From assembly GCA_965216565.1 (NCBI GenBank), contig OZ244170.1, forward strand, positions 32,001-96,000: a stretch of 64,000 nucleotides of DNA, in the 5' to 3' direction. A program made the translations under genes and the position numbers. The notes beneath the pieces were generated by a model. That model saw only the letters and a program-made list of their open reading frames with translations, was not told the origin of the DNA and did not search any database. The DNA comes from Bythopirellula sp. GTDB lineage: Bacteria; Planctomycetota; Planctomycetia; Pirellulales; Lacipirellulaceae. Shown here piece by piece: positions 47,856 through 58,233 of this stretch (position 1 is its first letter; each line of letters begins with the position of its first letter).

Positions 47856-50800
47856 TTGAATCGGTTAAGCATGAGCGTTAGTCATCTTTCAGCACTAACC
47901 TTCTTTTCAGTGGCAATCGGATTAATCTCGCCTGCGAGCGTAACGTATGGCGCAGAAGAAAAGGCATCGCAATCCGAAGATGCCTCTCGCAGTGTGGACA
48001 ACCTCTTGGTGCAGGTGCGTCAAGCAATGGCGTCCGGTAATCTCCAGCAGGCAGACACACTGTTAAAGCGCGCGGAATCCGCGAAAGTTAGCTACCCTGT
48101 GCTGCACTTTGGTGATACTCCTGCTCGCGTAAGACGCGACTTGGAGAAGCTGCTCGCCAAGGGTTCCCAGGGCAAGGCTAGTGCTCCGACCGAGAGCAAG
48201 AATGCCCAGACAATTATTAACAAATTTGCAACTGGGAGTGACAGTTTCAAAGATCCCTTCCTAGGTAACCGCTACAAATCCGCGGCCAATTCCGCTGGTA
48301 ACGTGACAAATGTGAACGTGCCAGGCGTAGAAGGCACCAACAATCGTAATAAGCAAGCAACGGCCCATTTACTATCGGCTCGACGAGCCCTCGTGGTTGG
48401 AGATGCCGAACAAGCAGAACACTTTCTTGGCCAAGCCAAGCAGACGGGTGCTGTACTCGATACCTCGTCTGATTCACCTGAACGTGTTGCCCAATCGATT
48501 CGCGACTTCAAGGTCTTGAAGTCAACGCGGGACGAGTCAGCAAGTTGGCGTCACGCTTACGCGAAATTCCTGGTCGCACAGGCTGGCGTGTTGATTGAGC
48601 ATGGCGATCTCGATCGGGCCGAGCAGGTTTCGCACGAGGCGGTTGGTCTCGGTGCGTCATTCGAAATTTCTGAAACAACTCCTCAGGACGTGCTGCAGCG
48701 GGTTAGCAAAGTTCGCAGTGGCAGCAGGCTCTCTCAGGTCGAGCTCCCTCAGAAGCAGGCATTTGCCAAATCCAAAATGCAGACCTTGGTATTGCTGGAA
48801 GCAGCACGCTCGGCTTTGTTGTCGGGTGACTTGACCAAGGCGGAAACGCTCGCTGGCGAGGCAAGTCGTCTCCAAGTCCCTGAGTCGCACTTTGCACCGC
48901 AGGAAGACAGTCCAGCCCGATTTGCTGCTGACCTTGAACGGGCACGTGCCGAGTCGACTTCGATTGAATTGGCTGCCTCAAATTCAGGTTCCGACCTGCG
49001 CCTTCCTGGCTTGCCGAGTCCCTCGGAACAGATACCGCATATTGCATCAGCCTTGGAGGATGTACCTACACCATTGCCGGCCGTCGGATTAGAAGAATCC
49101 TTAGTAACTAAAGATCCCTACGCAATTTTCTCCGAGGCCGAACAGGCCCTCCGTCTTGGCAATCGTGAGCAAGCCCTCCAACTGTTTGAAGAGGCCCTTG
49201 AGTACGGCGACCAATTCGACCCACTCACCAAGAAGCGTCTCTACGATCATCTACAAATGCTTTCGAGCGATCGGGGTAGTGCTCAGGCTAGCGATGGTAG
49301 ATCGAGCTCGTTGCTTAATTCTGCCAACTCAAATGTAAAGGTGCTGGCACGCCAGTTGTCTGCAGATGTGGGCCGTCAGCAATCCGAAGCAGCAAAAATC
49401 CGCAGCACAGATCCTGACGGGGCTTTGAAGTTGCTAGACGACATCAGCAAGGAAGTGGCCGATTCGGAACTCGATGAAGGAATGAAACGGCAATTGCAAC
49501 GCCGGATCAGCATGACAGTTGCCGAAACCGAACGATTTATCAAAGACAACAAAGCGGAGCTCGATCTTGATGCCGCCAATCGAGAGGTATTGGATGAGAT
49601 TGAACGTGCTAGGGAGGTAAAGCTCCAGGTACAGCAGCGTCTGGCGGAACTCAACGATCAATACAATCAACTACGTGACGAGCACCGTTACGCCGAGATG
49701 GAAGTTGTCGCCAAGCGGGCGTACGAAATGGCTCCTGAGAATCCAGTTGCTCAGTTGATGTGGACCAATGCCAAGTTCATTCGCCGCGAAATGCTCAATC
49801 AGGAAATTAACCAAAAATCTGAAGAAGGTTTCGCAGGGTTCATGCTGGGTAACAGAGAAACGGCAGCCGAAGCCTCACTTCAGGGCGACAAGCCAATTAC
49901 CTACGATGCAAACACATGGGCAAAGTTGAAAGACCGCAAAGGCTCTACCGATAGGTCTTCTCGACGCACCGCCCGTGAACTGGAGATTCAGGAGAAGCTG
50001 AAAACACCCGTGTTGCCTCGCTACGATGGCACACCACTGGCAGAGGTTGTCGAACAGCTTTCTCAACTAACAGAAGTAAATATTCACCTCGACGAACTTG
50101 GGCTAGGCCAAGAAGGGGTCCGGAGCGACGAGCCAGTGTCACTGAACCTCAAGCGGGAAGTTTCACTTGAGAGTGCTTTGAATTTGATTCTCGAGCCCTT
50201 ACACCTAACCTACATGATCAAAGACGAAGTCCTTAAGATCACCAGCGAAGAATTGCGAGACGGAGATCTCAAGACGAGAACCTACAATGTTGCCGACTTG
50301 GTCATTCCAATTCCCAACTTTGTTCCTAGTTCCGATACAGGTTTGCAAGGTCTCATCAACGATGCTTATGCCGCGTTGCCCCAAAATGTGCGAAACTATG
50401 GGGCTCCCATGGCCATGGTACCTTCGGCCACAGGTGGACCCGCAGGTGGGGACGGTATGATGCCCGGTGGTGTCTTGCCGCAGCAGTTTGCAGCTCCCGG
50501 TGGCGGCACCTCCGTTGATTACGGGCCTGGTGGTCCGGGCAGCCTGGGCGGTGCAGCCAATGCCGACTTCGATTCTTTGATTGATCTGATTGTTTCGACC
50601 GTCGAACACGACAGTTGGATGGAAAATGGTACCGGCGACGGAGAGATTCAGCCGTTTCCTACGAATCTTAGCCTGGTCGTTAGCCAAACCCAGCGGGTCC
50701 ACGAGCAAATCGCCGATCTGCTGGAACAGCTACGTCGACTGCAAGATCTGCAGGTGACAATTGAAGTGCGATTCATCCAGCTCAACGACGATTTCTTTGA

Positions 50801-51740
50801 ACGCATCGGCATCGACTTCGATTTCAATATTGAAGATGAAACGGGAATCGGGCTGGGCTCGATCGGAATTAACGGATCTCCTACCGAGCCTTCCGAGCCA
50901 AGTTCTGTAGTAGGCATCACCGGCAATCCTGACGTCGGAGAGGCGATTGGAGATTTCACGCTCGACCTTGACATTCCGTTCCGAAATAGCTCATTCAATC
51001 TAAGTGCTCCCACCTTGGGGACACCTGCCGACGTGGGTAGTTTTGGTTTCGCAATCCTCAGTGACATCGAAGCGTATTTCTTGATCAATGCTTCGCAAGG
51101 AGATCGTCGATCGAACGTGCTGAGTGCACCTAAGGTCACGCTCTTCAATGGCCAGCAAGCCGTAGTCTTGGACACTGCCTTTATGCCATTTGTGATTAGC
51201 GTGATCCCTGTCGTCGGTGAATTTGCTGCAGCCCAGCAACCGGTAATCGTGGTGCTCTCAGAGGGTACTATGTTGACCGTCCAGGCTGTCGTATCCGACG
51301 ATCGTAGGTACGTGCGTTTGACATTAGTGCCGTTCTTCAGCGAAATCGGTGACGTCGACACCTTCACTTTTGAAGGCTCAGAGACGACAACCACCTCCAG
51401 TGCCAGTTCCGATGAAGACGACGATGGGAACGACGAAACGAACGACGACTCTACAAACGTGGTCCGCAGTGGTACGACGGTTCAGTTGCCGACATTCCAG
51501 GTCATCTCTGTCAGTACGACGGTGAGTGTCCCCGACGGAGGTACAGTACTGCTCGGTGGTATCAAACGCTTAAGCGAGCAACGCAACGAGTTTGGCGTTC
51601 CGCTGCTTAGCAAGGTGCCATACGTCGATCGTCTGTTCCGTAACGTCGGCATTGGTCGTACGACGGAGAGCCTGATGATGATGGTGACTCCTCACATTAT
51701 TATCCAGGAAGAGGAAGAAGAGCGACTGGGCATTGAGTAG
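47856..51740 (+). CDS. Large secretin (GspD/PilQ family) with helical N-terminal repeats
   Basis: QVTIEVRF, APKVTLFNGQ, TTVSVPDGGTVLLGG, GVPLLSKVPYVDRLF; TTG start at 47856 after AAGGAG. Confidence 0.88.
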   Translation: MNRLSMSVSHLSALTFFSVAIGLISPASVTYGAEEKASQSEDASRSVDNLLVQVRQAMASGNLQQADTLLKRAESAKVSYPVLHFGDTPARVRRDLEKLLAKGSQGKASAPTESKNAQTIINKFATGSDSFKDPFLGNRYKSAANSAGNVTNVNVPGVEGTNNRNKQATAHLLSARRALVVGDAEQAEHFLGQAKQTGAVLDTSSDSPERVAQSIRDFKVLKSTRDESASWRHAYAKFLVAQAGVLIEHGDLDRAEQVSHEAVGLGASFEISETTPQDVLQRVSKVRSGSRLSQVELPQKQAFAKSKMQTLVLLEAARSALLSGDLTKAETLAGEASRLQVPESHFAPQEDSPARFAADLERARAESTSIELAASNSGSDLRLPGLPSPSEQIPHIASALEDVPTPLPAVGLEESLVTKDPYAIFSEAEQALRLGNREQALQLFEEALEYGDQFDPLTKKRLYDHLQMLSSDRGSAQASDGRSSSLLNSANSNVKVLARQLSADVGRQQSEAAKIRSTDPDGALKLLDDISKEVADSELDEGMKRQLQRRISMTVAETERFIKDNKAELDLDAANREVLDEIERAREVKLQVQQRLAELNDQYNQLRDEHRYAEMEVVAKRAYEMAPENPVAQLMWTNAKFIRREMLNQEINQKSEEGFAGFMLGNRETAAEASLQGDKPITYDANTWAKLKDRKGSTDRSSRRTARELEIQEKLKTPVLPRYDGTPLAEVVEQLSQLTEVNIHLDELGLGQEGVRSDEPVSLNLKREVSLESALNLILEPLHLTYMIKDEVLKITSEELRDGDLKTRTYNVADLVIPIPNFVPSSDTGLQGLINDAYAALPQNVRNYGAPMAMVPSATGGPAGGDGMMPGGVLPQQFAAPGGGTSVDYGPGGPGSLGGAANADFDSLIDLIVSTVEHDSWMENGTGDGEIQPFPTNLSLVVSQTQRVHEQIADLLEQLRRLQDLQVTIEVRFIQLNDDFFERIGIDFDFNIEDETGIGLGSIGINGSPTEPSEPSSVVGITGNPDVGEAIGDFTLDLDIPFRNSSFNLSAPTLGTPADVGSFGFAILSDIEAYFLINASQGDRRSNVLSAPKVTLFNGQQAVVLDTAFMPFVISVIPVVGEFAAAQQPVIVVLSEGTMLTVQAVVSDDRRYVRLTLVPFFSEIGDVDTFTFEGSETTTTSSASSDEDDDGNDETNDDSTNVVRSGTTVQLPTFQVISVSTTVSVPDGGTVLLGGIKRLSEQRNEFGVPLLSKVPYVDRLFRNVGIGRTTESLMMMVTPHIIIQEEEEERLGIE

Positions 51741-51761
51741 TCGTCGCGGTACGATTGGGGG

Positions 51762-52181
51762 ATGAATGCTCCCAGTCGTACGATACTCCCACTCGGTGCT
51801 TTGTCGGCAGCCATGGCTGTCGGCCTCGGGGCCTACGCGGCCCATGGCTTGGACGATTCTCTCGTTGCCAGCGGCTACGAAGAGGATTTGAGCCAGCGGC
51901 TTGCGTGGTTCGAAACGGGCGTCCGTTATCAAATGTACCACTCGCTGGGACTTCTCCTCGTGGGTCTGATAGGAACTCGTTCGATGCCAATATGGGGCAC
52001 CGCTGCTTGTTTTCTACTCGGAATCTTGCTCTTCAGCGGTTCGCTCTACGGCTTGGCGATCTTCTCGTCCGACCACCGTTGGCTGGGAGCGGTAGTGCCG
52101 CTGGGTGGGCTTTCGTTTATCGTCGGTTGGGTGATGCTTGCCTGGCGTTGCTGGCGAGATTCAATACCGTCAGAAGTCTAG
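51762..52181 (+). CDS. DUF423 family membrane protein (YgdD-like)
   Basis: GAYAAHGL, FETGVRYQMYH, GILLFSGSLY, PLGGLSFIVGW. Confidence 0.9.
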   Translation: MNAPSRTILPLGALSAAMAVGLGAYAAHGLDDSLVASGYEEDLSQRLAWFETGVRYQMYHSLGLLLVGLIGTRSMPIWGTAACFLLGILLFSGSLYGLAIFSSDHRWLGAVVPLGGLSFIVGWVMLAWRCWRDSIPSEV

Positions 52182-52191
52182 TTCCGGCAAT

Positions 52192-52230
52192 AAAAAAGCC
52201 GAGGCCCCATGATTCCCATGGGACCTCGGT
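52192..52230 (-). terminator. Intrinsic terminator of the ECF sigma gene
   Basis: Minus-strand stem CCGAGGTCCCATG / CATGGGGCCTCGG followed by CTTTTTT. Confidence 0.75.
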
Positions 52231-52254
52231 CGTCGAGTAAGTGCCGTCCAATCC

Positions 52255-52833
52255 TCAGACGGCCTGCAAAAATTCGAGCTCCTTGGCAAGACGCTTTCGC
52301 GCCACGTGCAGGCGTCGCTTGATGGTACCGACCGGAGCGGCGAATTCTCCGCTCATCTCCAGAATCGATTGTCCCTTCAAGTAAAACGCTTCCAAGGTGT
52401 TTCGATCGGTGCTAGCCAATCGACGCAAGCCCTGGTGCAACTGCAAAGAACGCTCGTCACTCATCAAGTTGTCCAAAGGAGCAGCGTGCCGCACGTCAGC
52501 TCGATCGATCGTGTGGGGTTCCACAGCGATCGAAGGCGGGCGTCGGGTGCTGTGGTTGATCGACTGTCGAACAGCGATCGACCGCAACCAACCAGCGAAG
52601 GCAGCCGGTTCCTTCAACTGCTCCAGTTTCTGGAATGCCTTGATGAATACCTCCTGCGAGACCTCTTGCGCCTCGGAGTGGTCGCGCAGTCGCTGGCTGC
52701 ACACGGCGTACACCATGCGCTCGAATCGCTGGACCAACTCGCCGAAGGCCTCGGTGTTGCCTTCCTGAGCCAAGTTGACCAAATCTGCAGTTGTGGTTTC
52801 CAATTCGTCGGTGAAAGTAAGTGTAGCGCTCAT
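52255..52833 (-). CDS. ECF-type RNA polymerase sigma70 factor
   Basis: AFGELVQRF, EAQEVSQEVFIKAF, FAGWLRSIA, PVGTIKRRLHVARKRL. Confidence 0.9.
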   Translation of the reverse strand: MSATLTFTDELETTTADLVNLAQEGNTEAFGELVQRFERMVYAVCSQRLRDHSEAQEVSQEVFIKAFQKLEQLKEPAAFAGWLRSIAVRQSINHSTRRPPSIAVEPHTIDRADVRHAAPLDNLMSDERSLQLHQGLRRLASTDRNTLEAFYLKGQSILEMSGEFAAPVGTIKRRLHVARKRLAKELEFLQAV

Positions 52834-53010
52834 GGTTCTCTCGGAGGTTTTCCGATAGGCAATTCGCTGCATGGCTAGCAGACAAAAGTGCCAAGTCGGC
52901 AAATATATAGGGTGGCAAGAACATCGCAAGCAAATGGACCGCTAGCGGCCGCGTGGCTTGCTGCTCGCGCTGAAAAAGGGAGGTGTTGCTAAGACCTAAT
53001 TCACCCAGAT

Positions 53011-53301
53011 TCAGGCAAGGGTGCGACAGCGTGTGTTTAGCACTAGCTGACGCTGACGCCGTTTCGCGACGACGAAACAGCCGACCATCGCTGACGTGCG
53101 ACCGGTCGTGGTCCATGTCGTAAACGGTCGATGCCACATGGAGTGGCGCATCTCATTGATGAGATGGCTCACGCCATAGATCAGCGCGTGTACTGAAGAG
53201 GCAACGCGAGACCCTACGGCTTCGACACGGACGACCAGCTGAATGCCTTGGTTAGCAATGCAGTTGCTAATGGCGCTGATGTTCGATTGTTGAAAACGCA
53301 T
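53011..53301 (-). CDS. Hypothetical small protein upstream of the ECF sigma gene
   Basis: 96-aa ORF with a GAGG RBS-like sequence; no recognisable domain. Confidence 0.35.
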   Translation of the reverse strand: MRFQQSNISAISNCIANQGIQLVVRVEAVGSRVASSVHALIYGVSHLINEMRHSMWHRPFTTWTTTGRTSAMVGCFVVAKRRQRQLVLNTRCRTLA

Positions 53302-53705
53302 GATGGCCCTCGTTGCGCGTTTGCGCTGAAAGAGAGAACGTACTAATGCAGGCTCGACGCGAGCCCACTCCTATTTGAAGTCTGGCAACCTATGAACCGT
53401 CGGTCAAGCGAATAATCAACAGCTAGACCGGGATTCTCCTGCCCGACGCCCCTATGACAGTGATTTCGGCAGCTGGGTTCGCTGCTGACCGAGAAAAAAG
53501 TCGATTTTCCGAGTGGATGATTGGGCTATTTCACTAAGTCTATTGGTGGCATGAGCTTAGAGCTTCCTGCGGTTTCTATTGTGAACAGAAGAAACCGGAG
53601 GAAATTGATGATGTTGGCGGTGCCGAACAAGAAGATTCACCGCACCCACGACGAGTAACGCTTGCGGTTAAGCCGCTATCGAAGTCCACCCATGTCGGTA
53701 AGAAA

Positions 53706-54626
53706 TTACCCCCGATACCCTTCATGGCAAGCACTACACGACTGCGTTGCCCGCCCCGTTGCACCGCGGGTGGCTTCGTAATCTTCCTGGCGAACCGCCT
53801 TTGTGATTGCCTGCGATGCCTTGCGTAAGTCTTCAGCCATGCTGAGAAACTCTTCGTCTTCGCCGAAGTCGTAGTCCGGATGCTGAATCACTCGAGCCAG
53901 CATGGCTAGCAATTGTGCTTCATGGCTGATGGTATCGGCATTACGCCGGAAGGTGCGTTTGTCGGCAAGGGCCGGCGAGATGTTCGTTTCGACGGCGGTC
54001 TCCATCCGCTGCATGAGTGAGGTTTGCTCAACGAGTTGAGGAGGCGTCGCTGCTACTTCCGGTGGCGTGGTGCCACGGAGTAGATCAGCGAGCACCTGAT
54101 GTGCTTCGCCTGCCGACTTGAAACTCTCGGTAGTGGGTTCGCGGCACGCCTGGGCGGCTTCATAGCAAAGCTGGTGCATCGCGGCGGCACTCGATTGCCA
54201 GCGCGGTTCGCGCTCGTGCTCGGCAATCACCCGAAACAAGGTAGCCAACATGGAGAAATCCTGACGGCATTCGACGTTGCCACCACTCTTGAATGGCCCA
54301 GCCCGACGCAGGGCAATATTCAGGCGATTGGCGATCTTCTTCACCTCAGATGTGAGTGTGTCGGCTTCGACCAGATCGGCCCAGCGCTCGTCGCCTTGAT
54401 TCTTTGCGTCCGTTTGATCCTTCGCTTGTTCGCGTTCGGCCTTCTCAGTGGGCCGTTCTCCCACCAGGTGCTGTCGAGCATCTTCGAAGAAGACGGACGT
54501 CTGCTCCTCGCCAAATTCCGGTGGCTTCGCACGTTTCGATTCTACGCCTTCGGCCTGAGGATTGACGACCGAGATTAGGCTCAAAACTAGACAGAAGGAT
54601 CGCAAGAAGATTCGCATAGCTGCCAT
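53706..54626 (-). CDS. Secreted helical protein with a C-terminal CxxCH heme motif (cytochrome c'-like)
   Basis: Signal peptide; ends QSCSACHEGYRG. Confidence 0.75.
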   Translation of the reverse strand: MAAMRIFLRSFCLVLSLISVVNPQAEGVESKRAKPPEFGEEQTSVFFEDARQHLVGERPTEKAEREQAKDQTDAKNQGDERWADLVEADTLTSEVKKIANRLNIALRRAGPFKSGGNVECRQDFSMLATLFRVIAEHEREPRWQSSAAAMHQLCYEAAQACREPTTESFKSAGEAHQVLADLLRGTTPPEVAATPPQLVEQTSLMQRMETAVETNISPALADKRTFRRNADTISHEAQLLAMLARVIQHPDYDFGEDEEFLSMAEDLRKASQAITKAVRQEDYEATRGATGRATQSCSACHEGYRG

Positions 54627-54747
54627 TATCTATCCCTGGTATTACGAAGACAACAGCCAAACATGATACCCTAGAATACCGCTCCAGCTTCGTGTAGGTT
54701 GGCATGTATAGAAGGGTAAATCTCACGAAAAGTCATGCGAGTTGAGA

Positions 54748-56550
54748 ATGTCTAACGAGAATGTAATCGCTCAGGTCGAACAAGCTGCCGCAAACGGGAA
54801 AATTTCTGAGTCGGCTGTTGAAAACATCAAGAATTGGCTCAATGAACCTCGGTACGCCGACTATGCCGACCAGGTGGCCGAGCATGTTGCGGAGGAAAAG
54901 TGGCAAGCACTGGACGACGCTTTTTGGACGATCATTCCGTTCGGGACGGGCGGACGCCGTGGGCGGATGTACCCGATTGGTTCCAATGCAATCAACGACC
55001 GGACGATTGGCGAGAGCGCCCAGGGGATGGCCGACTATGTGAAGGCCAATAACGAGGGTGGCACATTGGCTTGTGCAATCGCTTACGATACTCGTCATCG
55101 TAGCGAACATTTTGCCAAGCTATGCTCCGAAGTAATGGTTGCCGCGGGGTTCAAAGTCTATTATCTGCAGGGACATCGCAGTACACCTGAGTTGTCTTAT
55201 GCGGTGCGATTCAAGAATTGTTCCTGTGGAATCATGGTGACGGCCAGTCATAATCCTCCCAGCGATAATGCGGTAAAAGCTTATTGGTCGACCGGCGGAC
55301 AACTTTTGCCTCCCCACGACAAGGGTGTGATCGATCGCGTCATGTCGGTGGAGAATATCGAACGCGTGCCCTTCGACGAAGCGCTGGCCGATGGCCGCAT
55401 TGAGATTTGCCAAGAGGAAGTCGACCCCGCCTTTATCGAGGCCGTGTTGGAGCAATCGTCGCCGGGCCCTCGCGAGTTGAAGGTCATCTATTCACCTCTG
55501 CACGGCGTGGGAGCCACTGCGGTCGTCCCAGTGTTGGATAAGGCGGGCTTTGAAGACGTAGAAGTTTTTGGACCGCACGAGAAGCCCGATGGCGACTTTC
55601 CGAACGTACCGGGAAACGTTTCGAACCCAGAGAACCCCGAAGTATTCGAGTCAATCGTTGCCCACGCCAGTATGGTCGGTGCGGATCTGGCTGTGGCGAG
55701 TGATCCCGATTGCGATCGCATCGGCTGCTCGGCTCCGCTGACCCAAGCGGACGATGCTCCCTGGGAGATCCTTACCGGCAATCAAATCGGAGCGCTGTTG
55801 GCTGACTATGTGTGTGAAACACGTCAGAAACAGGGAAGTCTTTCCCCCGAAAACTTTATCGTTTCCACACTCGTCACCACGGCACTTACCTCCCGAATTT
55901 GCGAGAGTTATGGCATCCGCTACTTTGGCGATAATCTGGTGGGGTTCAAATGGATTGCAGGAGTAATTGACGACCAAGGTGCCGACCAGTTTCTGTACGG
56001 CACCGAAGAATCGTACGGTTACATGGCCGGCCAGCATGTTCGCGATAAAGACGGCGCGGTAGCTGCCCTATTACTTTGCGAACTTGCCGCCAAACTGAAA
56101 GCCGACGGACAAACGCTCCACGAAAAACTGGAAGCTCTCTTCTGGCAACATGGTGTACATCAGGAACGGACAGTCTCTGTGCAAATGCCCGGTAGCGAAG
56201 GCATGCAGCGGATGAAAGAGGTGATGGCCCAGTTCCGCAGCGACCCTCCCAAAGAAGTCGCCGGAGCAGGCATCAAGCAAATACGCGATTACAAGCAAAA
56301 CTTGACCCTGTACCCAGACGGATCGACAAAGCCCCTGGAACGTCCGCATGGCGACCTAGTGATTATCGATTTGGAAGAGGATGGCAACTATGTTGCCGTA
56401 AGACCCAGCGGCACCGAACCCAAGATCAAGCTGTACATGTTCACCTACGAACCGCCGGAGCAGCTCTCAAGTATTGCCCTGGCGAAAGACAAACTTTCTG
56501 AACGATTAGACAAGATGGAAGCCGACTTGCGAGCATTCGCCGGTGTGTAA
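54748..56550 (+). CDS. Phospho-sugar mutase (phosphoglucomutase/phosphomannomutase)
   Basis: FGTGGRRG, TASHNP, DPDCDR, GTEESYG, RPSGTEPKIK. Confidence 0.93.
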   Translation: MSNENVIAQVEQAAANGKISESAVENIKNWLNEPRYADYADQVAEHVAEEKWQALDDAFWTIIPFGTGGRRGRMYPIGSNAINDRTIGESAQGMADYVKANNEGGTLACAIAYDTRHRSEHFAKLCSEVMVAAGFKVYYLQGHRSTPELSYAVRFKNCSCGIMVTASHNPPSDNAVKAYWSTGGQLLPPHDKGVIDRVMSVENIERVPFDEALADGRIEICQEEVDPAFIEAVLEQSSPGPRELKVIYSPLHGVGATAVVPVLDKAGFEDVEVFGPHEKPDGDFPNVPGNVSNPENPEVFESIVAHASMVGADLAVASDPDCDRIGCSAPLTQADDAPWEILTGNQIGALLADYVCETRQKQGSLSPENFIVSTLVTTALTSRICESYGIRYFGDNLVGFKWIAGVIDDQGADQFLYGTEESYGYMAGQHVRDKDGAVAALLLCELAAKLKADGQTLHEKLEALFWQHGVHQERTVSVQMPGSEGMQRMKEVMAQFRSDPPKEVAGAGIKQIRDYKQNLTLYPDGSTKPLERPHGDLVIIDLEEDGNYVAVRPSGTEPKIKLYMFTYEPPEQLSSIALAKDKLSERLDKMEADLRAFAGV

Positions 56551-56553
56551 CTT

Positions 56554-56800
56554 ACCACGGAGCCACGGAGGGCACGGAGAGCGGTACAGGATTTCGAAAT
56601 GATAGAATGAAAATGTTAGTGGGTGGCCAGGTTTAGAGCACTTCTAACATCTACGTCCCGCCACTTGGTTGGCGGTGTCTGCCAAGACACTGCGAAATAT
56701 ACACGGGGCAGCAGAACGCCAACACTGAAATCCTCCTAGCAAGATCTTGTCCCACCTTTTTGCTTCGTGTGTGCATCGTGTTCTTCGTGTCTTCGTAGTT
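56554..56800. repeat. Inverted clusters of short CACGGAG / CACGAAG tandem repeats
   Basis: CACGGAG x3 at 56556-56579; CTTCGTG-like x4 at 56763-56797. Confidence 0.55.
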
Positions 56801-56844
56801 TGTCCCTTTCCAGAGTCGGTGAGGCGGCCTACGATTACCTCGTC

Positions 56845-58218
56845 ATGGCAGAAACTCCCGCACAATCAGACAGCCCCCAGCCAGAGCCTCCCAAAACGCA
56901 GGCCGACTTTTTCCTGCGTGCTAGCGACAAGGTCAAAGCTAAGTTCCCGAATACTCCGGGGGTGTATCTGTTCCAAGATCAGTCTGGACGGGTGCTATAT
57001 GTGGGGAAGGCTAAGAATCTAAGAGCACGCGTAGGCAGTTACTTCCTGCAGGCGGCCTTCGAGGATCAGCGAACCGCGCGACTTGTACGAGAAGCCTACG
57101 ACGTCGATTTTTTGGAAGCGGAGAGCGAAGTCGATGCCTTGCTGATGGAAGCGAGGCTTGTCAAAGATATTCAGCCTAAGTTCAATCGCGAGCTGCGTGA
57201 TGACAAAACGTTTCCCTACTTGCAGATCACAACGCACGAAGAATTCCCCAGAGTCGAAATCACCCGCGAGCCTCGAACGAGCGGCGTGAAGCTCTATGGT
57301 CCTTTCAGCAACGTCGGCAGCTTGCGGGGGGCTCTCCAGGTGCTGCAGCGAGTTTTTCAGTTTCGCACTTGCTCGCTTGATATTGCTGAAGACGACGAGC
57401 GCTGGCGATGGTTTCGCCCGTGCCTGTTAGCATCGATTCGGCAGTGTACGGCGCCGTGCAACTTACGCATCTCCAAGGAAGAGTACCGAAAAGATATTGC
57501 CCGACTCAAGAAGTTCTTAGAGGGCAACCGGAAATCGCTGCTCAAAGAAATGCGGTCCGAAATGCAGGAGGCCGCTGAGGCCAGGCGTTACGAGCAGGCG
57601 GCACGATTGCGCGATGAAATAGCAATGCTCGAGTCCCTCGACGACCGGGGCGACTTGGAAAAACACGATCAGCCAGAAGTGTTTTATATGGATCCCAAGA
57701 AGGGCTTGGCTGGACTTCGAAAAGTATTACAGCTTGAGACTCAGCCCCGGACCATCGAAGGCATGGATATCGCCCATCTGGCGGGAGAAGAGACAGTGGC
57801 AAGCCTGGTGCAATTCATCGATGGTATGCCCTTCAAGCCCGGCTACCGTCGCTATCGTATCCGCGAGGTGGAAGGAATCGACGATTATGCCAGCATGCAG
57901 GAAGTCGTCTCGCGGCGATTTGCCAGACTTCAGGAGGAGTCGGAAGTCTTTCCCGATATCTTGCTCATCGACGGTGGTAAAGGGCAGTTGGGAAGAGCAG
58001 TGCGTGCGTTCGAAGCGCTCGACATCGAACCGCCGTTGGTTCTCTCGCTAGCGAAGAAGGAAGAGCTCATTTACGTGAACGGACGCAAAGAACCATTGCG
58101 GCTAACACGGCAATCTTTTGCTCTTCGGCTATTACAATACGTGCGAGACGAATCGCATCGATTCGCGCAACACTATCATCATCTCTTGCGTCGCAAGAAG
58201 ACTCTCGGCGGCGAATAG
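56845..58218 (+). CDS. uvrC: Excinuclease ABC subunit C, lacking the C-terminal HhH domain
   Basis: PGVYLF..LYVGKAKNLR GIY-YIG, Cys cluster, UVR EQAARLRD, IEGMDIAH, LIDGGKGQL, RDESHRFA. Confidence 0.9.
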   Translation: MAETPAQSDSPQPEPPKTQADFFLRASDKVKAKFPNTPGVYLFQDQSGRVLYVGKAKNLRARVGSYFLQAAFEDQRTARLVREAYDVDFLEAESEVDALLMEARLVKDIQPKFNRELRDDKTFPYLQITTHEEFPRVEITREPRTSGVKLYGPFSNVGSLRGALQVLQRVFQFRTCSLDIAEDDERWRWFRPCLLASIRQCTAPCNLRISKEEYRKDIARLKKFLEGNRKSLLKEMRSEMQEAAEARRYEQAARLRDEIAMLESLDDRGDLEKHDQPEVFYMDPKKGLAGLRKVLQLETQPRTIEGMDIAHLAGEETVASLVQFIDGMPFKPGYRRYRIREVEGIDDYASMQEVVSRRFARLQEESEVFPDILLIDGGKGQLGRAVRAFEALDIEPPLVLSLAKKEELIYVNGRKEPLRLTRQSFALRLLQYVRDESHRFAQHYHHLLRRKKTLGGE

Positions 58219-58233
58219 ACGGTTGACTTGGGA

